A DNA stretch of 64,000 nucleotides, from positions 32,001 through 96,000 of the forward strand of contig JAWBTQ010000003.1 in the NCBI GenBank assembly GCA_038841535.1, written 5' to 3'. Shown piece by piece: positions 60,791 through 64,000 of the stretch. Both the position numbers and the translations under genes were made by a program. The DNA is from Sulfolobales archaeon. GTDB lineage: Archaea > Thermoproteota > Thermoprotei_A > Sulfolobales > NBVN01. The first letter of the stretch is position 1. The number at the start of each line of letters is the position of its first letter. Under the pieces are notes generated by a model that saw only the letters and a list, made by a program, of their open reading frames with translations, was not told the origin of the DNA and searched no databases.

Positions 60791-60959
60791 CTACTTCAGT
60801 GCTATTGAACGCAACATGAGCTTACTCCTCTATGTTAGCAGACACTGTCTATAGGACAAAGTGGATTGTTTTCTTCCCGACCTCTCTGTGGAATGTTCGT
60901 AGGCTTTCTACTCACTTGCTTGTGTTAGCGTACTCAGTTTGCTGCGTGATTCTGAGTGG

Positions 60960-61090
60960 TGATCTAAGCTACCCGGAGTATGAGTCGATCGACCTAGATG
61001 GGGCCTCGTTCCATCGGGCTCGAAAGCCACTCACGAACTCACGTGGATATAGAGGTCTGAGTGAGTAGTGTGGAAGTCTCTAAACACTAA
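60960..61090 (+). mobile_element. tnpB 3'-end remnant of a different subfamily (E)
   Basis: GATGGGGCCTCGTTCCATCGGGCTCGAAAGCCACTCACGAAC...GTGGAAGTCTCTA resembles recalled crenarchaeal tnpB termini. Confidence 0.5.
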
Positions 61091-61136
61091 AGAACACCAA
61101 AATAGCGAATACCCGAGGACAAACGGTTGCTCGCTA

Positions 61137-61355
61137 CTAGGACTTGACTAGAAGTTCTTGAAGTATTCTGATATTCCACTCATGACAGGACCTCCTCCTC
61201 ACATCTATCGGAATTCCCATAGACTTGGCTTTCTCGATATTGAGACCAGCTTTCTTAATCTCACTCACACTAAAACCACGACCGTAGCGGAGATTCTTGC
61301 TTATTCCTCTATTTTTTAGTAGGATAGGAGGTTTAACGTAGGGTTCTACCTTCAC
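61137..61355 (-). CDS. rpl13e: 50S ribosomal protein L13e
   Basis: R.GRGFS..E.K.AGL....A...GIP.D.RRRS.H..N. Confidence 0.95.
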   Translation of the reverse strand: MKVEPYVKPPILLKNRGISKNLRYGRGFSVSEIKKAGLNIEKAKSMGIPIDVRRRSCHEWNIRILQELLVKS

Positions 61356-61444
61356 GTTGCGTCCCTACATATGCCTTACAGTCTAGATAAAAGCTTTAGT
61401 TGACTGCTTAAATCATTCGAAAAAGGTATTTTGAGGGAACTTCG

Positions 61445-62407
61445 ATCAGGCAGTGCGATATATGTGGTGAGACTGGAGCCAGAATTGTACAGAAACATAC
61501 CAGAAGGGCTTTTTGCGACAAGTGCTTTAGAGAGGACTTACTCAAAAGACTCAAAGACGAGGTACTTAGGTATAACATGTTTACTCCCGGCGAGAGTGTA
61601 CTTCTAGCTCTCTCGGGGGGAAAGGATAGTTACGTACTCTTAGACCTCATCAGAGAAGTACATGACGTGAGTAAAATAGGTGTGGTAACGATAGTAGAGG
61701 GAGTAGAGGGGTATAATAGAGTAGATGACGTGGCTTGGATAGTGGACATCACCAGAAGCTACGGTATAGACCTACATCTAACGTCTTTTAAAGAGTTCGT
61801 AGGGCTCAGTCTCGATGAGCTAGTCTCGCTAGATAGGTCTAGAGAAGTGAGGGCTAGTCCCTGCACTTACTGTGGTGTACTAAGAAGAAGGATAATCAAT
61901 TATTACGCTAGAACCTTAGGCTACGATAAGGTGCTAACAGCACATAACCTAGATGACGAAGTTCAGACTTACATAATGAATCTACTCAGAGGCGATAGAG
62001 GAAGACTGGTCCAGAACCATCCTATGAGTTCTACTCTAAGTAGATACTTCGTTAAAAGAGTTAAGCCCCTTAGAAAGATATATGAATGGGAGACAGCAAC
62101 TTACGCCTTTATGAGAGGATACAAGTTTCAGGTAACGGAGTGTCCATATATAAGATTCAGACCGACCTTGAGAGCTATAATACGTGACTACCTTTACGAA
62201 GTCGAGCAACTGAAACCGGGTTCTCTCATTAAAATACTTGAGGCAGTAGATAGGTATATTGAGACGGAGCTACTGAGGTGGGTATCGCAACTAAGTGAGT
62301 TGCCGCAATGCTCGATATGTGGATCTCCTACAGCTTATGGTAGAAGCATGTGTGTAATATGTGACTTACTAAGAAAGATCGGGGTCACCACTCGACTACC
62401 TTTTTAA
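61445..62407 (+). CDS. ncsA: tRNA 2-thiolation protein (NcsA/TtuA/Ctu1 family; inferred ATC start)
   Basis: N-terminal CDIC...FCDKC Zn finger in frame upstream of the track's ATG; SGGKDS, CTYCG..RR, HNLDDE, CPY, C-terminal Zn finger. Confidence 0.92.
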   Translation: MRQCDICGETGARIVQKHTRRAFCDKCFREDLLKRLKDEVLRYNMFTPGESVLLALSGGKDSYVLLDLIREVHDVSKIGVVTIVEGVEGYNRVDDVAWIVDITRSYGIDLHLTSFKEFVGLSLDELVSLDRSREVRASPCTYCGVLRRRIINYYARTLGYDKVLTAHNLDDEVQTYIMNLLRGDRGRLVQNHPMSSTLSRYFVKRVKPLRKIYEWETATYAFMRGYKFQVTECPYIRFRPTLRAIIRDYLYEVEQLKPGSLIKILEAVDRYIETELLRWVSQLSELPQCSICGSPTAYGRSMCVICDLLRKIGVTTRLPF

Positions 62408-62466
62408 TGCGGGCATAGCTCGTACCGCACTACTTCACTAGTAATGAGCAGAAGCCACGACATTCC

Positions 62467-64000
62467 CTACGACTCCCTCTCATCCTCAGCGGGCTTAGTG
62501 TAGTAGTACTCCCCAACGCTCTTGAGGTACCTGTCTAGGTAGGAATCAGGCTTGTTGACCCTTGGTCTCCCGGTTTTTACGTCTCGCCTAAAGGTTACTT
62601 CGAGCTCTTTAAGAAGCATATTCATTCCTTTTCTCACGTCTACAGGTCCGATGCTCTGCCCACTAATTCCCGGCTCGCCCGAGAAGACTATAAGTCTGTC
62701 GGATATGTAGTCTATTAACATGAGGTCGTGGTCTATGACTAAGCACGCAGTTTTCCTTCCCTCGATTATCTTCCTAATAGCTTTTGCTACAGCCAGCCTC
62801 TCATCTACATCAAGAAAGGCTGAAGGCTCGTCGAGAACGTAGAGCTCCGAGTCTCTAGCTAGAGCTATAGCTATCGAGAACTTCTGTAACTCACCACCAC
62901 TTAGCTCCTTTATCCTCTTTTCTTTAAGCTTATGTAGCTTGAACTTTCTAATCACCTCCTCCGTAAACCACTCGCTTGAAGCTATTCCGTCTTTTGCCAC
63001 GCTCTCTAGAGCATCACCTACGTACTCCCATGGAAATGTCTCTCCCTTAATGTACTGAGGCTTATAGGATATTCTTAACCCTCTGAACGGGACGTAACCG
63101 TAGTCTGGCTCGATTTCACCGACTATTAGGCGGGCAAAGGTGGTTTTACCTATTCCGTTAGGACCTACGACTCCTACAACCTCTCCTACTCTCATCTCTC
63201 CCTGACCAGCGCGTAAAGTAAAGCTGTCTAGTACTTTAATCATATCTGACCACGTTAAGTATATCTGCTTGTAACCTAACTCCACTACACGCTGTTCAGG
63301 TTTCGTATTGAAGACTACAGGCTCCGGACGTATCCTCATGTTCTCTGCAGGCAAATATCCATTAAGGAAGTGATTAACTCCTGAACCTACGGAATATACT
63401 CTAGAGTATATTCCGTAAACTCCGGGCTCACCGTATACGACAGAGACGAGGTCTGCGATGTAGTCTACCATGGCCAGGTCGTGCTCGACAACAATAGTGT
63501 ATGCCTTACTCGGTACGTACCTTCTTATAGCTCTACTTACCCTTAGCCTCTCTCTAACATCTAGGTAACTAGCGGGCTCGTCGAATACATAGACATCAGC
63601 ATCCCGAAGAAGTGCAGCTATTACTGCTACTTTCTGCAGCTCTCCACCACTTAGTGTGGATATCTTCTTTTCCATCAGGGGCTCGGCATCAAGAACCTTC
63701 ATAAGCTCCCCCAAAATACCTCTCTCATCTATTCTCTCAAGCACCTCTTTAGCGTACCCTTTGATGTAAGCTCTTATCATATCGACATGCTGTATCTTGT
63801 GTACAACCCTAATTCTCCTATTTACTAGTTTTGAAAGGTAATTATGGAGTTCTGAACCCCTAAAAAACCTGAGAGCCTCTTCCCAGCTAGGCTTGGAGTC
63901 GACCATGCCTAAGTTCGGAACGAGTTCACCAGCGAGTATCCTAAGTGCCGTCGTCTTGCCTATGCCGTTTCTGCCAATAACTCCGACTACTTTACCCTCG
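62467..64000 (-). CDS. rli: Ribosome recycling ATPase ABCE1/RLI (5' end outside window)
   Basis: Two ABC domains (GRNGIGKT, GPNGIGKT, LSGGELQ twice), TFRRD..TGRPRVNK. Confidence 0.96.
   Translation of the reverse strand, partial: EGKVVGVIGRNGIGKTTALRILAGELVPNLGMVDSKPSWEEALRFFRGSELHNYLSKLVNRRIRVVHKIQHVDMIRAYIKGYAKEVLERIDERGILGELMKVLDAEPLMEKKISTLSGGELQKVAVIAALLRDADVYVFDEPASYLDVRERLRVSRAIRRYVPSKAYTIVVEHDLAMVDYIADLVSVVYGEPGVYGIYSRVYSVGSGVNHFLNGYLPAENMRIRPEPVVFNTKPEQRVVELGYKQIYLTWSDMIKVLDSFTLRAGQGEMRVGEVVGVVGPNGIGKTTFARLIVGEIEPDYGYVPFRGLRISYKPQYIKGETFPWEYVGDALESVAKDGIASSEWFTEEVIRKFKLHKLKEKRIKELSGGELQKFSIAIALARDSELYVLDEPSAFLDVDERLAVAKAIRKIIEGRKTACLVIDHDLMLIDYISDRLIVFSGEPGISGQSIGPVDVRKGMNMLLKELEVTFRRDVKTGRPRVNKPDSYLDRYLKSVGEYYYTKPAEDERES

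Noticed and set aside
60832-61068. 78-aa ORF
   Set aside because: Runs through decayed IS sequence; no family motif or ribosome-binding site

Overview
Chromosomal, core-gene-rich segment of a hyperthermophilic-type crenarchaeon (Thermoproteota, Desulfurococcales/Sulfolobales clade, judged from cdvABC, Cren7, an Rpo13-like subunit, S26e, L13e and BHB-intron tRNAs). It carries gatCAB, a class II ribonucleotide reductase, cdvABC, pyrFEKD, a Zn/Mn ABC transporter with a DtxR-type regulator, porGDAB, tiaS, a non-discriminating AspRS, Lhr, seven tRNAs, RNase P RNA and a C/D guide RNA. Main points of interest: (1) a five-gene operon (51.8-60.0 kb) joining a type IV pilus module (pilin, intein-interrupted assembly ATPase, membrane platform) to a 693-aa unknown protein and a VirB4/CedB-like ATPase, plus a separate multi-TM VirD4/HerA-like ATPase at 16.9 kb; together these may form a fused pilus/DNA-transfer system. 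(2) A probable replication origin (ORB cluster around an AT-rich core, 40.2-40.5 kb) with no initiator gene in the window. (3) Several conserved genes whose full-length frames can only start at non-ATG/GTG/TTG codons. (4) Six scattered IS200/IS605 tnpB relics, most keeping only the 3' (omegaRNA-like) end. (5) A two-intron tRNA-Trp with mutually exclusive splice folds. All family assignments come from reading motifs by eye; no searches were run.
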